From Flavobacteriales bacterium (GTDB lineage Bacteria; Bacteroidota; Bacteroidia; NORP154): a DNA stretch of 33,225 bases. Shown here piece by piece: positions 1 through 7,831 of this stretch (positions within the stretch are counted from its first letter, which is position 1; each line of letters opens with the position of its first letter). The notes beneath the pieces are model-generated. The model was not told the origin of the DNA. It did no database searches and saw only the letters and a list, made by a program, of their open reading frames with translations. The stretch is taken from contig DTSC01000164.1 of assembly GCA_012965625.1 (NCBI GenBank), forward strand, positions 1 through 33,225, written 5' to 3'. The position numbers and the translations under genes were made by a program.

Positions 1-372
1 AAGCCTAAAACAAATAAATATTTAGTACTAGACAACAGTTTGTTTGACTTTGACAAGTCAAGCCTAGGAATCAAGGAAATACCTTCTTTGGATCAATTTG
101 CTGAATTTTTAAAGAAAAATCCAGAAAAAAGAGTTGAGATAACTGGACATACAGACAACAGAGGTTCCAAAACTTATAATCTCCAACTTTCAAAAAAGCG
201 TTCACAGTCAATTGCTGATTATCTAATCAGCCGGGGAATTAATCAAACCAGGCTAATTGTTACTGGATATGGCGAAACGATGCCTGTCAAAGCAAATCAA
301 AATCCGGATGGGTCCGACAATCCTGAAGGAAGAAGATTAAACCGAAGAACAGAAGTTAAAACAATAGAGTAA
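1..372 (+). CDS. OmpA/MotB-family peptidoglycan-binding domain protein, C-terminal fragment (gene begins left of the window)
   Basis: Frame 1 is open from nt 1, with no stop before the listed 40..372 ORF. OmpA_C hallmarks: 'FDFDKSSL', 'ITGHTDNRGSKTYNLQLSKKRSQSIADYL', 'GYGETMPV', 'NRRTEV'. Confidence 0.85.
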   Translation, partial: KPKTNKYLVLDNSLFDFDKSSLGIKEIPSLDQFAEFLKKNPEKRVEITGHTDNRGSKTYNLQLSKKRSQSIADYLISRGINQTRLIVTGYGETMPVKANQNPDGSDNPEGRRLNRRTEVKTIE

Positions 373-482
373 TTGATTCCTCCTAAATAGACATGTTTTA
401 AAGAACAAGAGTAACCATAATTACTTATATAGTCCTTTCTAAATTCAGCAAAAGCAAGTACTTAAATTAAGGGGATTGTTTT

Positions 483-2342
483 TTATACGCGAACACCCAT
501 CACAAGAATATCATCAATTTGTTCATAAACGGTGTTTTTGGCATCCTTAGGAGTTTTCCAATCTTCAATAACTTTATCAATAATTGATTTCTGTTTTTCC
601 ATGCTAAGATGCTGGTGTTTCATAAGTAAAGGCCTAAACCTTTTTGCCATGAATTTCCTTCCGCGTTTGCCTCCAAATTGATCCACATAACCATCTGAGA
701 AAATATAGATACTATCTCCTTTTTGTATCTTTATCTTGTTATTTCTAAACATTTTTTGCTCTTCACCAACAAAAACACCAATTGGAAACTTATCAGCCTT
801 TATTTCTATCAAATCATATCCAAATTCTGAACTTCTAAGTACAATATTATCTTCTTCCAAAAGCTTTTTGGTTTCTTCATCCATTCCTTTCGGATCTGTC
901 TTTCTTATCAAGTATAATGGATTATATGCCCCAGCAAACTGAAGCTCCATAGTATTAAAATTAATAGAACAAAAAGCGATATCCATGCCATCCTTCACAG
1001 TAGATTCTTCAAAGGTATGGCTAATGGTTTCACCTGCTAACTTATTAAGTTCATTTAAAATATCTGAAGGTACTGCTTTACCATGCTCAACAATTGCTTC
1101 CTTTAATAATGCACTTCCTATCAAACTCATAAATGCTCCTGGAACTCCATGTCCTGTACAATCCACAGCTGCGAATAATGCCACGTCATCCTTCTCTCCT
1201 ATCCAATAAAAATCACCACTTACAATATCCTTTGGTTTATATATAATAAAATAGTCTTTTAACATTCGATTTACCATACCTAAATCAGGCAAAATTGACT
1301 CCTGAATTCTCTTAGCATACCTTATGCTTGCAGTAATTTCAGAATTTTTTAATTCAATCTCTTCCTTTTGCCTAACTACCTCTTCTGTTCTTTCTGATAC
1401 CTTTCTCTCCAACTCTTTCTCTGATTCATGCAGGTCTTTACGCATCCTCAATAGTGCATGGCCCAATGAATCCTCTTTACTCAATGGATTGTAATCAGAC
1501 TCAAAGTTTCCCGACCCAACTTCTTTTGCAAATTCCGTAGTACGTTTAAATCCATCTACAAGATCATTCATGGCTAAGGACATATCACCAATCTCATCAC
1601 TTGTTATCTTTATCTTTTTTTCAGGTATAATACCCCTTCCAAGAAGCAATAACAATCCTTTTAGCTCTTGGACAGGTTTAACGATGGAGCGCACTGTGAA
1701 TAATGCAATGAGCATACCACCAACAACCAATGCTAATCCCAATGTTCTAACAACAAATTCCAGATCATCAAAAGCACTAAGCATTTTTGCGCTTACTTGG
1801 TTGGTATTGTCCTGATGGGACTTTACGATTGCAGGTAGTTCTTTTTCTATCTTGTTATATATTTGTTCCACGTCACCACCTTCAACCATAGGCCTAATCA
1901 TAAATACAACCATTGGATCTTCATAACTATCAAACGTATTTAACTGACTCATGATATCCTCTAGCATTACTATCAAGTTTTCAACTTTATTGATAACTTC
2001 TGCAATTTGCTCTTGCTCGTCTGGACTCCAGAACTCTGCAAGCTCAAGAATTTCATCTTTCTTTTTCGGATAATCTTCAGCAATAAGTTTCTTCAATTTT
2101 GCCTTATCTGGGTCATCACTTATCTGGACCTCTACCCATCTCATAATGAGCATCTTAGACTCAATCATGAGCATATTAAGGTCTTCTAAAACATCAACAG
2201 AAGGGTTATATATTCTGGTAATTTGATCATTGATCTTCCTGCTTTCGCTAAGGGTTACATAAGTGAGTGCAAAAACCACAAACGTAAATAACAGCAAGAC
2301 TCCAAACCCTGCACCTATTTTTCTACTTATAGTAAATTTCAT
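483..2342 (-). CDS. Membrane sensor with HAMP domain and PP2C/SpoIIE-type serine phosphatase output (RsbU-like)
   Basis: 619 aa. Two hydrophobic segments ('GFGVLLLFTFVVFALTYVTL', 'LGLALVVGGMLIALFTV') flank a helical extracytoplasmic region of about 170 aa. HAMP-like 'RSIVKPVQELKGLL...SDEIGDMSLAMNDLVDGF'. Coiled coil 'EKELERKVSERTEEVVRQKEEIELKN'. SpoIIE motifs 'IVSGDFYWI', 'DCTGHGVPGAFMS', 'IFSDGYVDQFGG', 'DDILVMGVRV'. Confidence 0.85.
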   Translation of the reverse strand: MKFTISRKIGAGFGVLLLFTFVVFALTYVTLSESRKINDQITRIYNPSVDVLEDLNMLMIESKMLIMRWVEVQISDDPDKAKLKKLIAEDYPKKKDEILELAEFWSPDEQEQIAEVINKVENLIVMLEDIMSQLNTFDSYEDPMVVFMIRPMVEGGDVEQIYNKIEKELPAIVKSHQDNTNQVSAKMLSAFDDLEFVVRTLGLALVVGGMLIALFTVRSIVKPVQELKGLLLLLGRGIIPEKKIKITSDEIGDMSLAMNDLVDGFKRTTEFAKEVGSGNFESDYNPLSKEDSLGHALLRMRKDLHESEKELERKVSERTEEVVRQKEEIELKNSEITASIRYAKRIQESILPDLGMVNRMLKDYFIIYKPKDIVSGDFYWIGEKDDVALFAAVDCTGHGVPGAFMSLIGSALLKEAIVEHGKAVPSDILNELNKLAGETISHTFEESTVKDGMDIAFCSINFNTMELQFAGAYNPLYLIRKTDPKGMDEETKKLLEEDNIVLRSSEFGYDLIEIKADKFPIGVFVGEEQKMFRNNKIKIQKGDSIYIFSDGYVDQFGGKRGRKFMAKRFRPLLMKHQHLSMEKQKSIIDKVIEDWKTPKDAKNTVYEQIDDILVMGVRV

Positions 2343-2545
2343 GGCTTGGTTAAACTTATGTATTTCAATTTATTAAGACCGAAATACTTTCTCTGGTTAA
2401 AGCGAATAAATTTAAATAAAAATTTTGTCATTTAATTAATCCCAATGTTTAATAAACGAATCTTGGCTATTATAAATATGAATTAACAAGGATGATTATG
2501 GAGGCTTACTAGATTTTAATTAATTATAAATCGATAAATAGAAAT

Positions 2546-3517
2546 TTACTCCTTCTTGGCTCTAAGTTCTTCTAATCTTTTATTTATCTCCTCTAGTCTC
2601 TCAGTTTCATTCAATGCCCAATAGATTCCTTTTAATCCTTGCAAAACATCCTCGCTTTCAGGATCAAGTTTTAAAGCATATTTCATATAAGGCAATGACT
2701 CTTTAAATAAAACAAGGCTTGTATCTTGAATGTCATCTAAGGCAACCAAATCAATATCATAATCAGTACCATTAATTATGCTTACTGCTACATTATAATA
2801 TAAAATACCAATATTATAATTTGCATTTACATCTAAAGAATCTATTTTAAGTGCTTTGTTATAGTACTCCTCAGCCAATATTAGATACGTTCTATTTGCC
2901 CTTCTATTTACCTCATAAAGCCTCGTATATAAACCACCCAAAGCATTATAAATATCCATTTTCTTTGGTCTAAGATCTATGGCTGGGTTACCAATTACAG
3001 CCATTTGCAAGAATATATCAAAGCTATTACGGGCTTTCTCCGGATCATTCGAATAGATATAGTTAACAGCATCATTATAAAAAGTTATAGCGATATTATT
3101 CATCTGAGTTCGACTATTCCCTGAATATTTGCCATTGCCATCTAGCTCCAAAGATCTTGTGAAATAATCAATAGCCAAAGCTCTCTTTGGACCATCAATA
3201 TTCTTGTCTCTTTTATAAAGTTCGTAATAAATAAACCCCTTATAATACCATGTATGGGCCAAAACTTTTGTGGTATCATTCTTAGAGGCTACATCAATTA
3301 ATACTTTTGCCTCATCTAAAGAATCAACTTTTAATTTCTTAAGTGCATCAACAACCTTGCTGTGTTGAGCATGTAAGCCAGCCGAAAAGAAAAATGCCAG
3401 AATCATCAAGAAAAAGAACCGATTAAAAGACCTATATATTCTACTAGTCCTTCTTTTATCTATTCGTAGCCCTTCAAGGAAGAGTAAACTAATTAGTATT
3501 TTATAAAATCTAGTCAT
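2546..3517 (-). CDS. Tetratricopeptide-repeat (TPR) protein, probably exported
   Basis: Repeated TPR-like helical pairs ('WYYKGFIYYELY', 'AIDYFTRSLELD', 'AEEYYNKALKID', 'NANYNIGILYYN', 'LPYMKYALKLDP'). Met38 (nt 3406), followed by the signal-peptide-like 'MILAFFFSAGLHAQ', is a plausible alternative start. The long form starts 11 nt after the upstream yfiR-like stop. Confidence 0.7.
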   Translation of the reverse strand: MTRFYKILISLLFLEGLRIDKRRTSRIYRSFNRFFFLMILAFFFSAGLHAQHSKVVDALKKLKVDSLDEAKVLIDVASKNDTTKVLAHTWYYKGFIYYELYKRDKNIDGPKRALAIDYFTRSLELDGNGKYSGNSRTQMNNIAITFYNDAVNYIYSNDPEKARNSFDIFLQMAVIGNPAIDLRPKKMDIYNALGGLYTRLYEVNRRANRTYLILAEEYYNKALKIDSLDVNANYNIGILYYNVAVSIINGTDYDIDLVALDDIQDTSLVLFKESLPYMKYALKLDPESEDVLQGLKGIYWALNETERLEEINKRLEELRAKKE

Positions 3518-3528
3518 AACAATAGTAA

Positions 3529-4056
3529 CTATAAAACCTTTGTTGCAAAAGTTGCCAGATTAGAAGCCATACTTAATCCATGTGCAGCTATATTTCCTTT
3601 ATTTATCTCAAAACCGTGTTTATTATCCTTAATAACAAAATTTATGCCCGCTCCTTTCTCAATCAAACCTGGTGACTCAGTAATTATTAAGGTAGGCTTA
3701 TCTTTAAATCTTTTTACGATCTCTGCAATTTTGTGGCTTTGATCCTTTGCAACAAATAGTATATGACATTTTTCTATTGTCTTTACTGACAAGTACTTAT
3801 TAATCGCAAATATCTGATTACCCCTGGTTGTCGCGTCCTTCACTTTACCCAGTTCATTAAATAATGGAGTATTCCCAATAATTGCAATCACAAAATCTCC
3901 TTTTTTTAATTCCAAAGGCCATTCTATATATCTGGTAAAATTGTAAAGAAAGGTAGCTTTAATATGAGCATTGGTATCGTCAGAAGTCTGGATTCGACTG
4001 AATCCAGTACAGAATAAGAAAAAAATAATACTAAATATATGTATGGCGATTCTCAT
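3529..4056 (-). CDS. YfiR-family (DUF4154) periplasmic protein
   Basis: 175 aa with an N-terminal signal peptide. 'KATFLYNFTRYIEWP', 'FVIAIIGN' and 'CHILFV' match my recollection of the DUF4154/YfiR signature and size. Confidence 0.7.
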   Translation of the reverse strand: MRIAIHIFSIIFFLFCTGFSRIQTSDDTNAHIKATFLYNFTRYIEWPLELKKGDFVIAIIGNTPLFNELGKVKDATTRGNQIFAINKYLSVKTIEKCHILFVAKDQSHKIAEIVKRFKDKPTLIITESPGLIEKGAGINFVIKDNKHGFEINKGNIAAHGLSMASNLATFATKVL

Positions 4057-4146
4057 CTATTATTTATGCGTGTCCCCATTGGAAGTCAGTTCTTCTTTTA
4101 CAATTATCAGTCCAAAATTTATAACCACCGATGTAAATACGGCAAA

Positions 4147-4178
4147 CAAATATAAAATTTGTATTAACAGAAAGCAAA
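4147..4178 (-). promoter_or_regulatory. Bacteroidota-type promoter candidate for the yfiR-like/TPR operon (TTTG-N20-TATATTTG)
   Basis: On the minus strand, TTTG (plus-strand CAAA at 4175-4178), a 20-nt spacer, then TATATTTG (4147-4154). This fits the -33 TTTG / -7 TAnnTTTG consensus and spacing. It lies 91 nt upstream of the ATG at 4056. Confidence 0.45.
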
Positions 4179-4194
4179 CCTCTTAAATATCAAT

Positions 4195-4224
4195 AAAAAA
4201 CCCATAAGCAGCTTTACTCATGGG
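4195..4224 (-). terminator. Weak intrinsic-terminator candidate downstream of tRNA-Lys
   Basis: The minus strand reads CCCAT-N14-ATGGG followed immediately by TTTTTT, 27 nt past the tRNA 3' end. The stem is only 5 bp and the loop is large. Confidence 0.3.
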
Positions 4225-4251
4225 CCTTAATAATCTTAAATTAGTATTTTG

Positions 4252-4324
4252 TGATCTGACTGGGGCTCGAACCCAGGACCCTCTCCTTAAAAGGGAGATG
4301 CTCTACCAACTGAGCTATCAGATC
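4252..4324 (-). tRNA. tRNA-Lys: tRNA-Lys (anticodon UUU), 73 nt
   Basis: The reverse complement folds as a cloverleaf. Acceptor GATCTGA/TCAGATC; D arm GCTC-AGTTGGTA-GAGC; anticodon stem TCTCC/GGAGA with loop CTTTTAA; variable loop GGGTC; T arm CTGGG-TTCGAGC-CCCAG; discriminator A. CCA is not encoded. Confidence 0.95.
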
Positions 4325-4365
4325 TCCAGCAATTAAGAATTAAATAATTCTCAATTTTAGAGGTG

Positions 4366-4373
4366 CAAATATA
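4366..4373 (-). promoter_or_regulatory. -7 box candidate (TATATTTG) upstream of tRNA-Lys
   Basis: Plus-strand CAAATATA equals minus-strand TATATTTG, about 42 nt upstream of the mature tRNA 5' end. No good -33 TTTG at the expected spacing. Confidence 0.3.
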
Positions 4374-4591
4374 GACCAATATTTATATTTTGAAAAGAAC
4401 GTAATTCCAATATTTGGTTTTCACTCCATCTCTAGCACAAAAACTCTAATGCCAATCAATGGTAATTAAAGCTTTTGATACAAATAAGCCCAACCAAGAT
4501 AAATGTAATCCAATTTAATCTTATGAATCAATTTAATTAGTCTTTAACCTGTAAATTTCATATCTTCACTAACTATAAAGAGTAAAATAAT

Positions 4592-5143
4592 ATGAGTAAT
4601 CGTTATTTTATCTATCTCCTCCTTATCCTGTTTTTCCTATCGTGCAAGAAAGAAAAGATTGATGATCGTGTTACATTTAAAGAAACAGTTTTTGAATTTA
4701 GGGATGAAATGGAATTTGATTTTCCGTCAATTATCGGATTGAACATCCCTTGGGTATTGCCTAGCATAGACATTTCAATTAATTTTCCACAGGAAGTAGG
4801 TTATACTGACCCATTAATAAATGGGGTAGAGAATATATTACTCAAAAGTATGACTGCAGAAATATTAAGTCCTTCAAATGAGGATTTCTCTTTTTTGAAG
4901 CATCTGACTATTTATATTACAGCGCCGGGATTACCTGATATTGAATTAGCACATTTATATAATATATCTCCCAACCCAGGTAATATTATTGATCTTGTAC
5001 CTGCTGGAAATGTCTTAGACACTTATGTGAAACGTGATGATTACAATATGAAAATTGAAGTTACAGCAGATAAATTAATGCTGCAGGACGTGAAAGTGAA
5101 TGCTTCTTTGGTTTTAGAAGTAACTTTAATAAATGAAAGGTAA
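4592..5143 (+). CDS. Hypothetical lipoprotein
   Basis: 183 aa. Signal peptide with lipobox-like 'LILFFLSCKKEK'. I recognise no other motif. Confidence 0.6.
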   Translation: MSNRYFIYLLLILFFLSCKKEKIDDRVTFKETVFEFRDEMEFDFPSIIGLNIPWVLPSIDISINFPQEVGYTDPLINGVENILLKSMTAEILSPSNEDFSFLKHLTIYITAPGLPDIELAHLYNISPNPGNIIDLVPAGNVLDTYVKRDDYNMKIEVTADKLMLQDVKVNASLVLEVTLINER

Positions 5144-5168
5144 ATTGCTCATTAGCGTTATTTAATAA

Positions 5169-5615
5169 TTAATTCCTTCTTGCTCGTATAATCAGGCCTG
5201 CCATACCGATATTATAAGCTTTTATAAGGTTTTCTTCAGCATACATATTCATCTCATTGGCATTTACTATTTCAATCTCAAAAATGCCATCTACATATTC
5301 ATCTAAATGCATATAGATATGTTTGTCATCCTTTAGTTCCCATTCACCAAGCATTTCATAATTTAGTGTATCGAATGTATGATATTCTGCTTTTGCAGTA
5401 CCATCGTCATCAAAATAGATCTTGTACGAACAGCAATTATTCTTGTAATAATAATAGGGGAGAAAAGTTTCCAGCATATTCGTACTGCCTCCATTAATCT
5501 CGACTGAAACCACCTCCCATTCACCCTTGATAACATAGATATTGTAAATTTTCTGACATGCACAAAGCATCATCATTATACAAAATAAGGAAATTGCTAA
5601 TATGGGTCTTGCCAT
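5169..5615 (-). CDS. Hypothetical lipoprotein, lipocalin-like
   Basis: 148 aa. Signal/lipobox 'MMMLCACQK'. The mature part opens with 'GEWEVVSVEINGG', as lipocalin-like domains of Bacteroidota lipoproteins do. Its start lies 3 nt past the stop of the upstream gene. Confidence 0.6.
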   Translation of the reverse strand: MARPILAISLFCIMMMLCACQKIYNIYVIKGEWEVVSVEINGGSTNMLETFLPYYYYKNNCCSYKIYFDDDGTAKAEYHTFDTLNYEMLGEWELKDDKHIYMHLDEYVDGIFEIEIVNANEMNMYAEENLIKAYNIGMAGLIIRARRN

Positions 5616-5618
5616 TTA

Positions 5619-6209
5619 TTAATTTATTGATGGATTATTAATTAATGGTTTTTGCTCAGATTTATCTTTCTTAAAGGTATATCCAATACTAAGACCTCCC
5701 CAATTAGAGAAAATTATTGGCTTTCCATAAATAAATGGTGTATAGCTTAATCTTAGAAAAATCCCACCTCCTGTTTTCTGAAGCCTATAACCGATAGACG
5801 GATTTGATAGCAAGTCCTTTTTTCTTACAAAGCCAACCTTTCCATCTAGCCCAATATCATAAGCCGAATAATTTAAATAGGTCAAGCCTAAACCCAATTC
5901 TATATGATTTACTCCATAAGCATACATAATAAATACGCCAAAAGGTATAAACAAGTCTGGTGATATGTCTTTATGAAAATCAGAATAGCTTGATATCCCT
6001 ACTCTGCCACTTAGTTTTATCCTGTCATCTAGCGAAAGCACTAAACGATCGTAATTCAAAGATGGGATACCTGCTGCCCCACCGATTTCGAGGAAAATAG
6101 TGTTTTCTGAAGCAAAATTATTTTTAGTCAAGCCCTGACCCTGAACATCGCCAAAAGCAGTTAATAACAAAAAAACTTTAACTAAGATTAGGTTTAACAA
6201 GAACTTCAT
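5619..6209 (-). CDS. Small outer-membrane beta-barrel-like protein (hypothetical)
   Basis: 196 aa with a signal peptide ('LLLTAFGDVQGQ'). Alternating hydrophobic/polar strand-like segments rich in G/Y/S ('IFLEIGGAAG', 'LSGRVGISSY', 'IELGLGLTYLNY', 'IFLRLSYTPF', 'GLSIGYTF'). Confidence 0.55.
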   Translation of the reverse strand: MKFLLNLILVKVFLLLTAFGDVQGQGLTKNNFASENTIFLEIGGAAGIPSLNYDRLVLSLDDRIKLSGRVGISSYSDFHKDISPDLFIPFGVFIMYAYGVNHIELGLGLTYLNYSAYDIGLDGKVGFVRKKDLLSNPSIGYRLQKTGGGIFLRLSYTPFIYGKPIIFSNWGGLSIGYTFKKDKSEQKPLINNPSIN

Positions 6210-6226
6210 CTAGAAACTTGTCGGTC

Positions 6227-6787
6227 TTACAATTTCGTATAAACAGCAGTACATGTGCCAGCGCCAGCACCAAATGGCAATCCATTGTCATGTGCATAGT
6301 TGATGGTTATGGCATCTTTAGTAGCATTAATGGTTCCTTCTCCACTAACGGTAGTTGAAAGTCCGACAGTCTGGCTGGCAATAGTAATATTGTTTCCCGA
6401 AATTGTTGCCACAAGATCACCTCCAGACAAAGAAAGCAAAGGGGATATGGTGATCTGATTAAGGGTTGTTTCATCCATGTTGATGGTTTGGGTATTTTGT
6501 AATGAGAATAGTAATGTGCTACAATCATCTGAAACATCCCAGTCACCAATAAATTTTTCTCTGGCATCAATGCAAGAACCATCATCTTCATTGGCATTTG
6601 CATTGTAGTTATCTGCGCTTGGATCGGTACACCCCCTAATAATGCATGAGCCATCATCAATCGTTGCTTCTTCATTGAAATTTACCGCATCTGTATTGGT
6701 GCATCCCGATGTATCTTCATCTTTCTTCTTGCATGACCCTATTACAAGACAAGCTAAAAATAATACAACAAAAACCTTAAGCTTCAT
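6227..6787 (-). CDS. Hypothetical lipoprotein with two tandem Cys-rich 'GCTxxxAxN[FY]N...DDGSCI' motifs and a lipocalin-like C-terminal domain
   Basis: I place the start at the internal ATG (6785-6787), giving 'MKLKVFVVLFLACLVIGSCKKK' (signal peptide plus lipobox). The 21 codons further upstream in the track ORF look non-coding. The C-terminal part opens with 'FIGDWDVSDDC'. Confidence 0.65.
   Translation of the reverse strand: MKLKVFVVLFLACLVIGSCKKKDEDTSGCTNTDAVNFNEEATIDDGSCIIRGCTDPSADNYNANANEDDGSCIDAREKFIGDWDVSDDCSTLLFSLQNTQTINMDETTLNQITISPLLSLSGGDLVATISGNNITIASQTVGLSTTVSGEGTINATKDAITINYAHDNGLPFGAGAGTCTAVYTKL
6569..6706 (-). repeat. Protein-level tandem repeat (period 24 aa): GCTNTDAVNFNEEATIDDGSCI / GCTDPSADNYNANANEDDGSCI
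   Basis: Read directly from the translation. The positions G-C-T, A, N-[FY]-N and D-D-G-S-C-I are conserved in both copies. Confidence 0.75.
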
Positions 6788-7035
6788 AATACTGGATTTA
6801 ATTGTGTCCATAAAGTTAAACAAAATCATGCAAATTAGCAGAAAACACATGATTTATTTAACCTGGAAATAGATTTTATAAGAAACTAGATTTAAAAACC
6901 ATTATTGGATTTAAAGATTAAAGGTCGTTAAAAAAAACAGGAATTATTTGTGATTTTAAAATGCAGATTTAATAAAATGCCAATACCTTTGACCTTTAAA
7001 ATTATTTAGGTCCCTTTTAGCCATTAATAATTCAA

Positions 7036-7824
7036 ATGGAAAATCAAGTAGTCATAATCACTGGAGCATCATCGGGTATTGGTGAAGCATGTGCAATTGA
7101 ATATGCTAAAAAAGGTGCTAACCTCGTAATTGCTGGGAGGAACCAGGAGAAACTTGAACAGGTTTCTGATATTATAAAACAAAATAAGGCACTAGCATTG
7201 CCTATTGTGTGTGATATTGCAAACCCGGATGACTGCAAGAATCTTGTAGTCCAAACAATTAACAAATTTGGGAAGATTGATATCTTGGTAAATAATGCTG
7301 GCATAAGCCAACGTTCACTATCTTATGAGACCATAAATGAGGTAGAAAGAAAGATTATGGAAATCAACTTTTTTGGAACCGTATATCTGACTAAGCTAGT
7401 ATTGTCCCATATGATATCACAGAGATCAGGAAAAATTGCAGTTATTAGCAGCATCGTAGGTAAGTTTGGTTTTCCGTTAAGATCCTCTTATGCAGCCTCA
7501 AAACATGCTTTACATGGATATTTTGAATCATTAAGAGCAGAAGTACACCAATACAATATAAAAGTAATTATTATCTGTCCAGGAAGAATTAAAACAAACA
7601 TATCAGTCAATGCATTAACTAAAGATGGATCAGAATATAGCCAGATGGATGAAGGCCAAGCAAGTGGAGTGTCTGCTGACAAATGTGCTAGAAGAATAAT
7701 TAGAGCAATCTCTAAAGGGAAGAAGGAGGCGATTATTGGTGGAAAAGAAGTTTTATTAGTATATATCAGGCGTTTTCTTCCTTCACTGTTCTACAGAATA
7801 GTATTAAAGACTAAACCAACTTAA
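7036..7824 (+). CDS. Short-chain dehydrogenase/reductase (SDR) family oxidoreductase
   Basis: 'TGASSGIGEA' (TGxxxGxG), 'NNAG', and the catalytic 'S...YAASKHAL' (YxxxK). 262 aa. Confidence 0.9.
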   Translation: MENQVVIITGASSGIGEACAIEYAKKGANLVIAGRNQEKLEQVSDIIKQNKALALPIVCDIANPDDCKNLVVQTINKFGKIDILVNNAGISQRSLSYETINEVERKIMEINFFGTVYLTKLVLSHMISQRSGKIAVISSIVGKFGFPLRSSYAASKHALHGYFESLRAEVHQYNIKVIIICPGRIKTNISVNALTKDGSEYSQMDEGQASGVSADKCARRIIRAISKGKKEAIIGGKEVLLVYIRRFLPSLFYRIVLKTKPT

Positions 7825-7831
7825 TTTAGAA

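Noticed and set aside
736-2189. Several 60-81-aa plus-strand ORFs nested in the SpoIIE phosphatase gene. Similar nested ORFs sit inside other long genes (e.g. 7044..7304, 10395..10661, 11766..12164, 19651..19920, 21034..21412, 24235..24962, 27650..27967, 30039..30585, 31322..31784).
   Set aside because: All lie entirely within longer ORFs that carry strong family motifs on the other strand or frame. Their products are low-complexity or hydrophobic junk typical of shadow ORFs in AT-rich DNA.
2343-2545. A 19-codon mini-ORF (MTKFLFKFIRFNQRKYFGLNK) on the minus strand in the TPR-phosphatase spacer
   Set aside because: It has no ribosome-binding or promoter context that I can support. Such short ORFs arise by chance. 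Only conservation or Ribo-seq data could justify a call.
3971-4186. A 71-aa plus-strand ORF overlapping the yfiR-like start and its promoter region
   Set aside because: It overlaps the 5' end of a well-supported gene and the TTTG-N20-TATATTTG promoter on the opposite strand, and it has no recognisable motif.
4337-4350. Near-palindrome GAATTA-AA-TAATTC between the putative tRNA promoter and the tRNA 5' end
   Set aside because: Short AT-only inverted repeats are expected by chance at this base composition. A 2-nt loop cannot form an RNA hairpin.
4252-6850. tRNA-Lys as the attachment site of a genomic islet carrying the orphan lipoprotein genes
   Set aside because: There is no integrase or recombinase. 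I found no direct repeat of the tRNA 3' end on either side. The tRNA 3' end points away from the lipoprotein cluster.
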